Under the pieces are notes generated by a model. The model searched no databases and was not told the DNA's origin. It saw only the letters and a program-made list of their open reading frames with translations. This document shows positions 45,912-57,353 of a stretch of DNA of 64,000 bases, piece after piece. Numbering within the stretch: the first letter of the stretch is position 1; each line of letters opens with the position of its first letter. The DNA comes from an uncultured Clostridia bacterium (GTDB lineage: Bacteria; Bacillota; Clostridia; Christensenellales; UBA1242), in contig CALWNC010000006.1 of NCBI GenBank assembly GCA_944382715.1, positions 13,642-77,641 of the forward strand. Reading direction: 5' to 3'. The position numbers and the translations under genes are program-made.

Positions 45912-47672
45912 ATGCACTTTTTACAAGCAATTAAAATGGCAAGTAAATCACTTTGGTCAAACAAACTAAGAAGCTTTCTCACTATGTTAGGTATAATAAT
46001 TGGTGTTGTAACTGTTTCTTTACTCACATCAGTTGCACAGGGAGTTTCAGATGTAATTGTTTCTTCAATTCGCACTCAAAGCACCCTTGCCGTATTTATG
46101 AATATGAATAATAATTTAACAATTTCTAGTGCCGATTCTATTATAAAAACCTCTCAACCGGAAGATAAGGAAGCTAATGACTATTTTGAATATTCATTAA
46201 TATACTCCACAAATACATTGGTTGCAAATGAGAGTCTTGATATTATCACTCAAGATGGTATTGAAAATTATTTCTCATTAAAAAAGCAATATACAATGCA
46301 GGATTTTCCAAACTATGATTCTATGACAGATGAAGAAAAAGCACTAGCATCTCTTCTCATTCAGCAAAGTAGAAAACCAACAATATTAAAAACTAAAATT
46401 AATGGAATTGATGCAAATTTTAAAAATGTTTATGAACTTGAAATTGATGGAAGATATCCAGAAAACTCCAATGAAATTTTGGTTGATGGGGAGTTTATTA
46501 AAACATATTTTGGAACTGACATTACAAACGAAGATGCAAAAACAAGAAGTGTTACTTTTGGTATAGAAACTTATACTAAAATAAATCTCTCAATGGAAAC
46601 ACTTAATTTTGATTACATAAAGGCAATTTCAGATTATTTTAATTCAAAAGTTGAAGATAATTTATTTAAAGTTGAAGTTGGTTCGGGAAGAGTTTTAGAA
46701 ATAAAAATCATAAAAAATGAAAATGGAAATTTATATACGATAGATGATAACTCTGTTTACATTAATATTGAACCTATTAGTACTTTGACAAATGAAGATT
46801 TAAAAATAGTGGTTGAAAATATAATCAAGACTGCATTAGAACTTGAAAGTCTTGAAGAAGAGGGAATTAATGTAATTATTTCAGATATTTATGATACTTT
46901 TAAGGCTAAAACATATAATATTGTGGGAATTATCTCTGATAATAGTGCATCATTAATTTCAAATATTAGTAACAATATGTCAAATTCTAGTTCAAATAAA
47001 AATTCAAATTCTTCCGTATTAATGACTTACATGTCTTCATTATCATCGACGAGTGGCACATGCTATATGCTTTATGATGATGAAAATGCCACTACTTTTG
47101 GTGAGAAAAGTGTAGATTATTCTCCGATTTCTTATGCGTATTTTAGGTATAAAAGTGAATCGGTTATGAGTTCAAGTACAACTAATTTAGTCTTAGCTTT
47201 TAGTAGTGCTGGATATACATATTTATCTGATTTTATGTTAATTTCATTCAGTTCAGTAGCAAGTATTATGTCAAATGTTATGAATGTCTTAACTATTATG
47301 CTTACTGTAATTTCAGTTATCTCACTAATTGTTGGTGGTATTGGAATTATGAATATAATGCTTGTGGCTGTTACCGAGCGAACAAGAGAAATAGGAATCA
47401 GAAAAGCAATTGGTGCAAAAAAATCTTCAATATTAGTTCAGTTTTTAGTCGAAGCACTTATGCTTTCACTTATTGGTGGACTTATTGGTCTTGGAATTTC
47501 TTGGATTGGAATTTTGATAATTTCTAATGTTATGGAAGTTTCTTTGACAATTCCACTATGGGTTATTGGTATGAGTGTGGGATTCTGCACGGCTATTGGT
47601 CTAATTTTTGGAATGTTCCCAGCAGTAAAAGCTAGCAATATGCAACCTATTGATGCACTTAGAAGAGAATAA
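45912..47672 (+). CDS. ABC transporter permease, FtsX/MacB-type, with a large extracytoplasmic domain
   Basis: N-terminal TM, a ~400-aa external region, and a C-terminal FtsX module (ERTREIGIRKAIGAKKSSILVQFLVEALMLSLIGGLIG plus 2 more TM). Confidence 0.85.
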   Translation: MHFLQAIKMASKSLWSNKLRSFLTMLGIIIGVVTVSLLTSVAQGVSDVIVSSIRTQSTLAVFMNMNNNLTISSADSIIKTSQPEDKEANDYFEYSLIYSTNTLVANESLDIITQDGIENYFSLKKQYTMQDFPNYDSMTDEEKALASLLIQQSRKPTILKTKINGIDANFKNVYELEIDGRYPENSNEILVDGEFIKTYFGTDITNEDAKTRSVTFGIETYTKINLSMETLNFDYIKAISDYFNSKVEDNLFKVEVGSGRVLEIKIIKNENGNLYTIDDNSVYINIEPISTLTNEDLKIVVENIIKTALELESLEEEGINVIISDIYDTFKAKTYNIVGIISDNSASLISNISNNMSNSSSNKNSNSSVLMTYMSSLSSTSGTCYMLYDDENATTFGEKSVDYSPISYAYFRYKSESVMSSSTTNLVLAFSSAGYTYLSDFMLISFSSVASIMSNVMNVLTIMLTVISVISLIVGGIGIMNIMLVAVTERTREIGIRKAIGAKKSSILVQFLVEALMLSLIGGLIGLGISWIGILIISNVMEVSLTIPLWVIGMSVGFCTAIGLIFGMFPAVKASNMQPIDALRRE

Positions 47673-47684
47673 AATGGAGAATTT

Positions 47685-48311
47685 ATGGAAAAAACTATTA
47701 TTGAAATAGGGCTTTTACTTGATGGAGATATAGATTTTTACATTGAAATGCTTGAAAGCGCAGGTGCAAAGAATGTTTTTAGTTGTGAAACATTGGATAA
47801 ATACTGGACAAGAGAAAAGTATGATGACCTTTTGAAAATGACTGAAAATCAAATAAAAAATTCTTGCGTAAGAATAAGAAATGTAAATGTTTTTAGTGAA
47901 TCTAGCTTTTATAAAAATAATGATAGGTATAGCATTCAAAATTATAAAATATTTAAAAATCAAACTTGTACTGATCTTAATAATTTAGATATTGGTAGTG
48001 TAAAACCATTTACTCAGGAACTAGAAGAAAATGGTTGGTATTTGATTTTAGAAACATTCAAACGAGATTACCATTTTAAGTTTTCAGGTATGAAAAGTTG
48101 TTTACAACTTCAAGAAATTGATGGCATTGGATTGGTGCTTTACTATGATAATCCAGACTTCATTGATATGCCATTTGAATTGCAGAGAAAGTCACTAATT
48201 GATGAGTTAAATTCATATGGATTTAATTTTAGCTATGATGAGCTTGGAATTGATAAGCTAAAAACACTATTAACCGGCTCTACTAGTGTAAGTAAATATC
48301 AGAATTTATAA
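47685..48311 (+). CDS. Hypothetical cytoplasmic protein, weak CYTH-like resemblance
   Basis: IIEIGLLL...LESAGAKNVFSCETLDKYW...VRIRN...LQLQEIDGIGLVLYYD loosely follows the CyaB/ThTPase (CYTH) strand pattern, but the ExExK motif is not intact. Confidence 0.3.
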   Translation: MEKTIIEIGLLLDGDIDFYIEMLESAGAKNVFSCETLDKYWTREKYDDLLKMTENQIKNSCVRIRNVNVFSESSFYKNNDRYSIQNYKIFKNQTCTDLNNLDIGSVKPFTQELEENGWYLILETFKRDYHFKFSGMKSCLQLQEIDGIGLVLYYDNPDFIDMPFELQRKSLIDELNSYGFNFSYDELGIDKLKTLLTGSTSVSKYQNL

Positions 48312-48324
48312 TTTTTATTATTTT

Positions 48325-48368
48325 ATCATAGTCTTTTTAATTTATTTAAATTGACTATGATTTTTTTA
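48325..48368 (+). terminator. Rho-independent terminator after the ABC/hypothetical unit
   Basis: atcatagtc / 19-nt loop / gactatgat followed by T7. Confidence 0.55.
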
Positions 48369-48433
48369 TTTTTAGATACTAAAATATTATATGTAATTGT
48401 AAAATTATTTGTTTTGAGTTATAATAAATTAGT

Positions 48434-50485
48434 ATGGATATGCAAAATGATAAAAAGTTTGAGTTGGTGTCAAAATATAAGCCTACAGGCGATCAACCAC
48501 AAGCTATTGAGAGTTTGGTAGAAGGTTTAAATGATGGGCTTAGAACCCAAGTTTTACTCGGCGTTACTGGCAGTGGTAAGACTTTTACTATGGCAAATAT
48601 TATTCAAAGAGTGCAAAGACCAACCTTGGTTATTGCACACAATAAAACACTTGCTGCACAGCTTTGCAATGAGTTTAGAGAGTTTTTTCCAAACAATGCT
48701 GTAAATTATTTTGTTTCATATTACGATTACTATCAGCCAGAAGCTTACATTGCAAGTTCGGATACATATATTGAAAAGGAACTTAGCATTAATGATGAGA
48801 TTGATAAATTAAGACACTCTGCAACTTGCTCTCTATTTGAGCGCAGAGATGTAATTATTGTTGCATCTGTTTCGTGCATTTATGGTCTTGGCGAACCTAG
48901 TGAATATCATAAAATGGCAATATCACTTAGACCAGGTATGCAAATTTCAAGAGATAATGTCATTTCAAGATTAGTTGAAAATCAGTATAAAAGAAATGAT
49001 ATTGATTTTGTCAGGGGTACTTTTCGTGTTCAGGGTGATACACTAGATATTTTTCCATCAAACTCAAGTGAATACTCAATTAGAGTTGAGTTTTGGGGAG
49101 ATGAAATTGACAGAATTTGTGAAATTGAAGCTGTTTCTGGTCATATCGTTTCTACATTGGAACACATAGCAATTTATCCCGCAACTCATTACGCTGTTGG
49201 TGGAGAAAAAATGGAAGAACGCCTAAAACAAATTGAACACGACATGCAGGTAGAAGTCGCAGAAATGGAGCAAAAAGGTAAACTTTTAGAGGCTGAAAGG
49301 CTTAAACAGCGAACAAGTTATGACATTGAAATGATGAGAGAAATAGGTTATTGTAATGGAATTGAAAACTATTCAAGATATTTTGATGGTAGAAATCCCG
49401 GTGATACGCCCTATACACTTTTAGATTATTTTCCAGACGATTTCTTAGTTATGGTCGATGAAAGTCATATGACATTGCCACAAATTCGAGCAATGTATAA
49501 TGGTGATAGATCGAGAAAAGATGCACTTGTTGAATATGGTTTTCGCTTAAAATCTGCGTATGATAATAGACCATTGACTTTTGATGAGTTTGAAAAAAAA
49601 TTTCATCAAATTATATGCGTATCAGCAACACCCGGCGAATATGAAATGAGAACTCAAAGTAATATTGCTGAACAAATAATTAGACCAACGGGACTTGTTG
49701 ACCCAGAAATTGTAGTAAAGCCAGTTAAAAATCAGGTAGATGATTTGATTGGTGAATTAAATAAAACTATTGAATCTGGTGGTAGATGTTTGGTTACAAC
49801 GCTTACGAAAAAAATGGCCGAAGAACTTGCCAAATATTTGACGGAAAAGGGAATTAAAACTACATATTTACATTCTGAAATAAAGGCAATGGATAGAATT
49901 ACGGTCATAAATGCTCTGAGAAGTGGAGAAAGTGATGTGTTAGTTGGAATTAATCTTTTACGAGAAGGTTTGGATATGCCTGAAGTTAAATTGGTTGCAA
50001 TTTTGGACGCAGATAAAGAAGGATTTTTGCGTAGCAGCGGTGCACTTATTCAGACTATTGGTCGTGCAGCAAGAAATGCAGAGGGTCGAGTTGTAATGTA
50101 TGCTGATGTTATGACAGACAGTTTAAAAAGGGCAATAGAAGAAACGGAAAGAAGAAGAAATATTCAAAAGGCATATAATGCTGAACACAATATTGTACCA
50201 AAAACAATTGTCAAAGATATTGTTAATACATTAAAAATTACAAATAAGGAAGTTAAAGTTGAAAATCTTTCTAATGAAGATATTTCTAAGAGAATAGAAA
50301 CACTTACAGCCCTTATGAATGTGGCAGTAAAATCACTTGATTTTGAGAAGGCAATAGAAATTAGAGATGAAATTGCAATGCTTAAAGCAAAACAAGAAGG
50401 TAAGGCATATAAAAAGCAGGAAAAGGTAGAAAAGGTTAGAAATAAAGTTTATGAAAGAACAAGAAAATCTACACCTGTAAGATAA
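48434..50485 (+). CDS. uvrB: Excinuclease ABC subunit B
   Basis: GVTGSGKTF Walker A, helicase motifs (DESH), and a C-terminal UVR domain ([16 protein letters not shown]). Confidence 0.96.
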   Translation: MDMQNDKKFELVSKYKPTGDQPQAIESLVEGLNDGLRTQVLLGVTGSGKTFTMANIIQRVQRPTLVIAHNKTLAAQLCNEFREFFPNNAVNYFVSYYDYYQPEAYIASSDTYIEKELSINDEIDKLRHSATCSLFERRDVIIVASVSCIYGLGEPSEYHKMAISLRPGMQISRDNVISRLVENQYKRNDIDFVRGTFRVQGDTLDIFPSNSSEYSIRVEFWGDEIDRICEIEAVSGHIVSTLEHIAIYPATHYAVGGEKMEERLKQIEHDMQVEVAEMEQKGKLLEAERLKQRTSYDIEMMREIGYCNGIENYSRYFDGRNPGDTPYTLLDYFPDDFLVMVDESHMTLPQIRAMYNGDRSRKDALVEYGFRLKSAYDNRPLTFDEFEKKFHQIICVSATPGEYEMRTQSNIAEQIIRPTGLVDPEIVVKPVKNQVDDLIGELNKTIESGGRCLVTTLTKKMAEELAKYLTEKGIKTTYLHSEIKAMDRITVINALRSGESDVLVGINLLREGLDMPEVKLVAILDADKEGFLRSSGALIQTIGRAARNAEGRVVMYADVMTDSLKRAIEETERRRNIQKAYNAEHNIVPKTIVKDIVNTLKITNKEVKVENLSNEDISKRIETLTALMNVAVKSLDFEKAIEIRDEIAMLKAKQEGKAYKKQEKVEKVRNKVYERTRKSTPVR

Positions 50486-50560
50486 AAGAAATAATATCAA
50501 TGTATTATGTGTCTCATAATACCTCAGAATTATTGGATTTATAAGGAAAAATAAAATATT

Positions 50561-53359
50561 ATGGATAATTATATTAGAATTATTGGAGCAAAAGAAAATA
50601 ACTTAAAAAATGTAAATTTAACCATTCCAAGAAATAAGTTAGTATTATTTACTGGACTTTCTGGAAGTGGTAAATCAAGTCTTGCATTTGACACAATTTT
50701 TGCAGAAGGGCAAAGGAGATATATGGAATCTCTTTCTTCCTATGCAAGACAGTTTTTAGGTCAAATGAAAAAACCTGATGTTGAACAAATAGATGGACTT
50801 TCACCTGCTATTGCAATAGACCAAAAAACAACATCTGCAAATCCTAGATCTACTGTAGGCACAGTAACAGAAATATATGATTATTTTAGACTTTTGTTTG
50901 CCAATATTGGCATACCATATTGCGTTAACTGTGGAACTCCAATTAACTCTTTATCAGTAGACCAGATTGTTAAGCTTGTAATGGCTTGTGATAATGGTAC
51001 TAAAATTATGATTATATCACCTGTAGTAAGGGGTAAAAAGGGAGAATATAAGGATTTATTTGAAGATTTTAGAAGAAAGGGATATGTTAGGGCACAAATT
51101 GATAGTCAAATTGTTAGTCTGGATGATGAGATAACTCTTGAAAAAAACAAAAAACACAACATTTCGGTTGTTATTGATAGATTAATTCGTACAGATAATA
51201 TGGCTGTCAGGCTTGCAGAAAGTTTAGAAACTGCACTGAAAATTTCTGACGGATTGGTTATTGTCAATTCTAATGGTGAAGATACTCTCTATTCTACAAA
51301 GCATAGTTGTCCAAATTGTGGTTACTCTTTTAATGAAATTTCTTCTAGGCTATTTAGTTTTAATACTCCTCTTGGGGCTTGTCCTGACTGTTTGGGTTTA
51401 GGCTCGAAAAGTACATTAGAGGAAGATTTGATTGTAAAAGATTGGAATTTATCACTTGAAGAAGGTGCAATTTCCCAGCTTGGTTGGGGGGATTATGGTT
51501 TTGGTGGTATGGTTTTTCGTACTTTAGCAGAAAAATTTCATTTTAAAATGTCAACTCCAGTTAAAGATATTCCAAGAGAGGCTCTAGATGTTCTATTTTA
51601 CGGGTCTAACGGCGAAAAACTCAGTTATACAAGCAATAATTTAGAAACATGGTTTGGTAAATTTGAAGGCATAATTCCAAGTCTATATCGTAGACATGAA
51701 ACGGCAGGAGATTTCATAAGAAACGAAATAGAAAAATATATGGTTACAAAGCAATGTCCAACATGTAAAGGAAAAAGGTTAAATCCACAAGCTTTGGCTG
51801 TCAAGATTGATGGAAAATCAATAATTGATGTCACTGATATGAATGTTGTAAAAATAACAAAGTGGATTGATAATCTAAAACTTACAGAAAAAGAGCAGGC
51901 AATTTCTCATTCAATTTTTAAAGAAATTAAATCAAGATTAAAATTTTTATTAGATGTTGGCTTAGATTATCTGACACTTTCAAGAACTGCTTGTACATTG
52001 TCTGGAGGAGAAGCACAGAGAATAAGACTAGCCAGTCAAATTGGAAGTGGATTAACGGGAGTATTATATGTTTTAGATGAGCCAAGTATCGGACTTCATA
52101 CAAGAGATACCAATAAATTAATTGAAACACTAAAACATCTTAGAGATTTGGGGAATAGCGTTATTGTTGTTGAACATGATGAAGACACTATTAAGTCGGC
52201 TGACTATGTTGTAGATGTTGGACCAAAGGCAGGTGTGCATGGTGGAAGAATAGTTGCAACAGGCACACCAGAAGAAATTGCAAATTGTGAGAATTCTATT
52301 ACTGGTGATTATTTGTCAGGAAGAAGAAAGATAGAAGTTCCTACTTCGCGAAGACCTATGTCTGATAAGGTACTTGAAATAATTGGTGCAAGGCAGAATA
52401 ATTTAAAAAATATTGATGTTACAATCCCACTTGGACTTTTTGTTGCAGTTACCGGAGTTTCTGGAAGTGGAAAGTCTAGCCTTATTAATGAAATTCTTTA
52501 TCCTGCACTATCTAATAAAATAAATAGAACACATTTGATTGAAGGTGAATATACAGAAATTAGGGGTATTGAAAATCTTGATAAAGTTGTTGTAATTGAC
52601 CAAAGTCCAATAGGTAGAACTCCTCGAAGTAATCCTGTTACATATACTGGTGTATTTTCTGCCATAAGAGAGCTTTTTGCATCTGTTCCAGAGGCAAAGG
52701 CAAAAGGGTATGATGCTGGAAGATTTAGTTTTAATGTAAAAGGTGGTAGATGTGAGGCGTGCTCAGGCGATGGTGTAATTAAAATAGAAATGCATTTTTT
52801 GCCAGATGTATATGTAACTTGCGATGAATGTGAGGGAAAAAGATACAATAAAAATACACTGGAAATTACTTATAAAGGCAAAAATATTAACGATGTTTTA
52901 AATATGACAGTTGAAGATGCTTTGGACTTTTTCTATAATTTGCCTAGCATTAGAAATAAATTACAAACCCTATATGATGTTGGGCTAGGATATATTACAC
53001 TTGGTCAGCCAGCCACTACATTATCTGGTGGAGAAGCTCAAAGAGTTAAACTTGCGACTGAACTATCAAAGCGTCCAACTGGAAAAACTATATATATTTT
53101 AGATGAGCCAACAACAGGCTTACATACCTACGATGTTGAAAAACTAGTGACAATTCTACAAAGATTAACGGCTTCTGGGAACAGTGTTGTTGTAATTGAA
53201 CACAACCTCGATTTAATTAAGGTGGCAGATTATATAATTGATATTGGCCCAGAAGGTGGAGATGGTGGGGGTAAAGTTGTTTTTGCAGGCACACCAGAAG
53301 AAATTTCTAAATGTAAAAAATCATATACGGGACAAGCACTAAAAAATATTTTAAATTAA
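50561..53359 (+). CDS. uvrA: Excinuclease ABC subunit A
   Basis: Two ABC modules ([18 protein letters not shown]; LSGGEAQR twice), and zinc-finger CxxC pairs (CPNCG...CPDC, CEACSG...CDEC). Confidence 0.97.
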   Translation: MDNYIRIIGAKENNLKNVNLTIPRNKLVLFTGLSGSGKSSLAFDTIFAEGQRRYMESLSSYARQFLGQMKKPDVEQIDGLSPAIAIDQKTTSANPRSTVGTVTEIYDYFRLLFANIGIPYCVNCGTPINSLSVDQIVKLVMACDNGTKIMIISPVVRGKKGEYKDLFEDFRRKGYVRAQIDSQIVSLDDEITLEKNKKHNISVVIDRLIRTDNMAVRLAESLETALKISDGLVIVNSNGEDTLYSTKHSCPNCGYSFNEISSRLFSFNTPLGACPDCLGLGSKSTLEEDLIVKDWNLSLEEGAISQLGWGDYGFGGMVFRTLAEKFHFKMSTPVKDIPREALDVLFYGSNGEKLSYTSNNLETWFGKFEGIIPSLYRRHETAGDFIRNEIEKYMVTKQCPTCKGKRLNPQALAVKIDGKSIIDVTDMNVVKITKWIDNLKLTEKEQAISHSIFKEIKSRLKFLLDVGLDYLTLSRTACTLSGGEAQRIRLASQIGSGLTGVLYVLDEPSIGLHTRDTNKLIETLKHLRDLGNSVIVVEHDEDTIKSADYVVDVGPKAGVHGGRIVATGTPEEIANCENSITGDYLSGRRKIEVPTSRRPMSDKVLEIIGARQNNLKNIDVTIPLGLFVAVTGVSGSGKSSLINEILYPALSNKINRTHLIEGEYTEIRGIENLDKVVVIDQSPIGRTPRSNPVTYTGVFSAIRELFASVPEAKAKGYDAGRFSFNVKGGRCEACSGDGVIKIEMHFLPDVYVTCDECEGKRYNKNTLEITYKGKNINDVLNMTVEDALDFFYNLPSIRNKLQTLYDVGLGYITLGQPATTLSGGEAQRVKLATELSKRPTGKTIYILDEPTTGLHTYDVEKLVTILQRLTASGNSVVVIEHNLDLIKVADYIIDIGPEGGDGGGKVVFAGTPEEISKCKKSYTGQALKNILN

Positions 53360-53481
53360 CTTGAAATAACCATTTAGATATGTTATAATGAACTCAAATA
53401 GAAAGAGTATAATAATTAAAATTTAATTATTTTAATTTATTATGTAAAAATATGGCTGTACATATTTTTAAGGGAGGGTAT

Positions 53482-54504
53482 ATGAAAAGAATAATTGCTA
53501 TTATACTCATTTTAGCTTGTTGTTTTGGAATTGGATATCTTGGATATGTTATCTTTAACACAAAAAATATTGAAAGCGTGGAATTGAAAGGAAATGTTCA
53601 GACCATTTATCTTGTAGATGGCGCAACGGCTCCTAATTTTCAAGATGCAAATTTAAAAGTTACTTATAAAAGTGGAAAATTTGATTACATTCCTCTAAAA
53701 AATGCAGATATTAGTGTAACAGATTTTTCAACATCTATTGAAGCTTCTCGTAATATGAAGATTAATTATAAATCTCATATAATTGAAATTCCTTATAGTG
53801 TTATCAGGAACGGACTTTATTATGTTGGTTCTGATAATATTATTTCACCGGGAAATGAAGATGTAAATGAAATCTATTCAATAACTGAAACTACAGAAAT
53901 GTTCTATTTGTTACCTGATGGTCAGTTTAAATATTATACTAAAACTAATGGAAATTGGTTGCTTTATGATGGTAAATATATAACATCATATAAATATGAT
54001 ATTGTTGATAATGGAATAAGAGTTTATTTAGGTGGTGATGTTGCCTATACATTAACGGCTGATTCTTCATCTGGTCTAATGGAAGTATCTGCTAGTAGAT
54101 CTGAATATAACGATCAGGGAATGGAAGTTCTAAGAGAAACTAAAGGTTTGAAATATACTGGAATGAAAACAAATGCCGTTGTAGATTCATTTGAACTTAG
54201 TTACTCGGAAGGAACATATATAGATAATAGCTATTTTGAACTATTTATTAACGAAACTTTGGCTGATAGAAGAGGTGATTTATTCCTAAAAATCACATAT
54301 ACAACTCCTTTAGTTTCTTACACAACTGATGGACAAACTGAAATACCAATCATTCAAACTGTGTATGTTGTAGTTGATGACTCTATGATTCCTGCAAATG
54401 GAATTTTTGATACAGCTAATGTTACTAATACTAACAGACAATTAACACTTTGGTATGAATCATTGTCTTTTGATTTAGTTTATAGGGTTCATGTAAAGGT
54501 TTAA
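53482..54504 (+). CDS. N-terminally membrane-anchored extracytoplasmic protein, unknown function (Ig-like first domain possible)
   Basis: ATG 53482 follows gggaggg. TM IIAIILILACCFGIGYLGYVIF. VELKGNVQTIYLVDG...LKVTYKSGKFDYIPL...ISVTDFSTS resembles bacterial Ig-like repeats. Confidence 0.55.
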   Translation: MKRIIAIILILACCFGIGYLGYVIFNTKNIESVELKGNVQTIYLVDGATAPNFQDANLKVTYKSGKFDYIPLKNADISVTDFSTSIEASRNMKINYKSHIIEIPYSVIRNGLYYVGSDNIISPGNEDVNEIYSITETTEMFYLLPDGQFKYYTKTNGNWLLYDGKYITSYKYDIVDNGIRVYLGGDVAYTLTADSSSGLMEVSASRSEYNDQGMEVLRETKGLKYTGMKTNAVVDSFELSYSEGTYIDNSYFELFINETLADRRGDLFLKITYTTPLVSYTTDGQTEIPIIQTVYVVVDDSMIPANGIFDTANVTNTNRQLTLWYESLSFDLVYRVHVKV

Positions 54505-54505
54505 A

Positions 54506-54532
54506 AATACATACTTTTGTATGTATTTTTTT
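54506..54532 (+). terminator. Rho-independent terminator
   Basis: aatacatac / tttt / gtatgtatt followed by a T-run, directly after the stop at 54504. Confidence 0.75.
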
Positions 54533-54557
54533 ATTGGTAAATTCAAATAATATCAGT

Positions 54558-55280
54558 ATGGCTATAATGTCTATTCGTTCAATTATAATTTATGTTTGTG
54601 TATTAATTTTAATAAGATTAATGGGTAAAAGACAAATCGGTGAAATGCAACCATTTGAGTTTGTTATAACACTTATAATTGCCGATTTGGCATGTATACC
54701 GATGGCAGAACTTTCTGTACCCTTAATTCATGGACTTGTTCCAATTTGTACACTTTTAATACTTCATTTTTTGCTGTGTTTTTTAGCAAGAAAATTTATG
54801 TTTGCAAGATATTTACTATCTGGTAGACCAGCAGTTGTTATTAGTCCTCGAGGAATTAATTATCAGGAACTTAAAGCACTTAATATGACACTTGATGATC
54901 TCATGGAACTAGTTCGTGGTTGCAATGTTTTTAATATTGCTGATATTGCATACGCCATACTAGAAACAAATGGTAAGCTCTGCGTTATGTTAAAATCTGA
55001 AGTAGAACCAGCAACTAGACAAGATTTAAAGGTAAAAACTACGCCTAATTATCTTCCCGTTAATATAATAATGGACGGAAAGATAATGCAAGAAAATGTC
55101 AAAATGACGGGCATAAATGAGGATTTCATTGTAATGTGCATGAAAAAGGCAGATATTAAAAATAAAAAAGATGTCTTACTAATGACACTAGATAAAAATG
55201 GGGAGGTATTTATTCAAGCGAAGTTTGCTAAAGAATATTATTCTTTTGATACTGATTATAGTGGTGGTGAGAAATGGTAA
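54558..55280 (+). CDS. DUF421 (YetF-like) membrane protein
   Basis: LIRLMGKRQIGEMQPFEFVITLIIADLA is the hallmark N-terminal segment of the YetF/DUF421 family. The start is uncertain (TTG 54534 lies against the terminator; ATG 54558 used here). Confidence 0.75.
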   Translation: MAIMSIRSIIIYVCVLILIRLMGKRQIGEMQPFEFVITLIIADLACIPMAELSVPLIHGLVPICTLLILHFLLCFLARKFMFARYLLSGRPAVVISPRGINYQELKALNMTLDDLMELVRGCNVFNIADIAYAILETNGKLCVMLKSEVEPATRQDLKVKTTPNYLPVNIIMDGKIMQENVKMTGINEDFIVMCMKKADIKNKKDVLLMTLDKNGEVFIQAKFAKEYYSFDTDYSGGEKW

Positions 55281-55669
55281 AAAAATGGATAATTATGATT
55301 GTGCTCAGCATAGTGCTAGTAGTTGGTTGTTTTTTTGAGTCTAACTATATCCATAAATCTTTTAATTGGCTTATAAATTCACTAGAAACCTTACAAATTG
55401 AAATAACAGAAAATAAAGAAAATATAGATAGTGAAGAGTTAGTTAAAATGACATATCAAATTCATGATGATTGGCATAAAAGAATAGGTGTGTTAAAGTG
55501 TTTAATTTGGCATACAGGTATAAAAGATGTAGAAGTTGGGCTTGCAAAAATATCAGTATATGTCGAGGAAAATGAGTATACTGATGCTTTTTCAGAAATA
55601 GCATCACTAATAGATTATTTGGCTCATTATTTAGACGATTTTAGGATATCAGCTGAAAATATCTTTTAA
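55274..55669 (+). CDS. Small membrane-anchored protein (DUF4363-like partner of DUF421)
   Basis: Overlaps the DUF421 stop by 7 nt. One N-terminal TM, then a helical domain. The family call comes from remembered DUF421-DUF4363 pairing. Confidence 0.5.
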   Translation: MVKKWIIMIVLSIVLVVGCFFESNYIHKSFNWLINSLETLQIEITENKENIDSEELVKMTYQIHDDWHKRIGVLKCLIWHTGIKDVEVGLAKISVYVEENEYTDAFSEIASLIDYLAHYLDDFRISAENIF

Positions 55670-55703
55670 AAAATACTACAAATCAAATAATTAAAAAAAG
55701 GTT

Positions 55704-57215
55704 TTAAGATTTTCTTAAAACCTTTTTCATAATTATAATTTTAAAATCAGCGATGTTGAAACTATAAATTAACATTGCCATTGAAACTACTATAACTCCT
55801 ACCGAAATAAAAATTGATATAAAGAGATTTGAAATTAAGTTTGATATAAAGTAACCCAAAAGTGCACACATTACTGATATTAATAGCATAGTAATCATGG
55901 TTTTTATATAGGCATTTCCAAGAATATTTCGTTTTTTAAGCATTGCAATATTTAAAATAGAAGAAATGGTAGACATTGCTAAATAGCCGACAATAAGTGA
56001 ATATGTACCTATATACTTTGGCAAAAATAAAATTGAAACTATCAAAAATAATGCTGATATTACATAATTTTTTAGAGATTTGAGCTCTAGACCAATAGCA
56101 TTTAAAATTGATGATGTAATTTGAGATAAACCAAGTGGAAGCATAAGGAAAGAGGCAGCAGTTAAGTATATTCCAGCCTTTTCATTGTCAAATATAAAGC
56201 TACAAATAGGTTTTCCAAGTGCCAAATAAATTGGAAGCAATATCGTTGAGAATACTACTGTAATTTTAAGAGCAAAATTTATTTTATTTCTAAGAACACT
56301 TTTATTTTTTACTTCAAGGTGATCAAAATCATTTGATTGTTCACTAATTGATGGTATCATTGTAACGGCTAAAGAGCTAATTAAGGTAGATGGAATCATA
56401 AGTAATGGGAAAGTCATTCCCATAATTATTCCAAATTCGGATAATGCTTCGCTTGATGAGAACCCAAAGTCCATTAATTTGATAGGTATAATAATTGCTA
56501 TAATAGATGAGAATGCTGAGGAAATTGTCTTTACGGCAGTAATAGGTGTGCTTGTTTTGAGAAGTTTGCCGAATTCATATTTTGGACTGGCAAGATTACC
56601 GCCATTTTTTATATAAATTACAATTACAATTAATGAAGAAATTATACAAGCAATACTAAGAGAAAGAGCTGTTTTGTTTGTTAGAGATAGGTTGACAAAT
56701 GTGGTTTCAAATAAAATTATGATAATTATTATTCTTGCAACCTGTTCTATAAATTCAGTAAAACTAATTGCAAAAAATCTTTTTTGTCCCCAAAGAGCAC
56801 CTCTTAATACTTCATAAATAGAACTAAAAATAAGTGCTGGAAGAAGAATTTTTAGCATTTCTGTAGAAGCGTTTGAAGTAAATAATTTATTAAGTAAATC
56901 AGGGAAAAATAACACGATTATAGAAACTAATGTACAAATAAAACCAGTTAAAATCAAGCCAGAAGTAACGGTTGAGCCTATTGCTTTTTTATCTTTTTGT
57001 CCAAAGTAGTATGATATATTTCTAGAGAGTACTGTTGGTATACCACTAGAAACAAAAGTCATTAGTACTCCAAATATGCTCATTGCCACCTGATAACTTC
57101 CAAGAAGTTCGGGCGACATTTTTCTTGATAAATAAATCTTTAATAAAAATCCAAGTGCCCTTGTGGCAACTGAAAAAAATGTAACGCAAAACATTGCTTT
57201 TAATAACTTACTCAT
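55704..57215 (-). CDS. MOP-superfamily oligosaccharide/lipid II flippase (SpoVB/MurJ/Wzx-like)
   Basis: About 14 TM segments. N-terminus LGFLLKIYLSRKMSPELLGSYQVAMSIFGVLMTFVSSGIPTVLSRNIS is typical of the polysaccharide-biosynthesis/SpoVB family. Confidence 0.8.
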   Translation of the reverse strand: MSKLLKAMFCVTFFSVATRALGFLLKIYLSRKMSPELLGSYQVAMSIFGVLMTFVSSGIPTVLSRNISYYFGQKDKKAIGSTVTSGLILTGFICTLVSIIVLFFPDLLNKLFTSNASTEMLKILLPALIFSSIYEVLRGALWGQKRFFAISFTEFIEQVARIIIIIILFETTFVNLSLTNKTALSLSIACIISSLIVIVIYIKNGGNLASPKYEFGKLLKTSTPITAVKTISSAFSSIIAIIIPIKLMDFGFSSSEALSEFGIIMGMTFPLLMIPSTLISSLAVTMIPSISEQSNDFDHLEVKNKSVLRNKINFALKITVVFSTILLPIYLALGKPICSFIFDNEKAGIYLTAASFLMLPLGLSQITSSILNAIGLELKSLKNYVISALFLIVSILFLPKYIGTYSLIVGYLAMSTISSILNIAMLKKRNILGNAYIKTMITMLLISVMCALLGYFISNLISNLFISIFISVGVIVVSMAMLIYSFNIADFKIIIMKKVLRKS

Positions 57216-57353
57216 ACAATAAGTTTATTAATCAACTTTTGAGTTTATTATATAAAAATAGTATAAAATTTTAACAAATTTGTTTATAGATTTTTGCTGT
57301 AATCATTGTTTTTTAACTAAAAATATATTATAATACCAATGCAAGGGGAAATT

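Noticed and set aside
48312-50560. LexA (Cheo box, GAAC-N4-GTTC) sites upstream of uvrB, uvrA and recX
   Set aside because: No GAAC...GTTC dyad is present in 48312-48433, 50486-50560 or upstream of yigZ-recX by eye. The 8-bp hairpin gtattatg/cataatac between uvrB and uvrA lacks a T-run, so it is not called.
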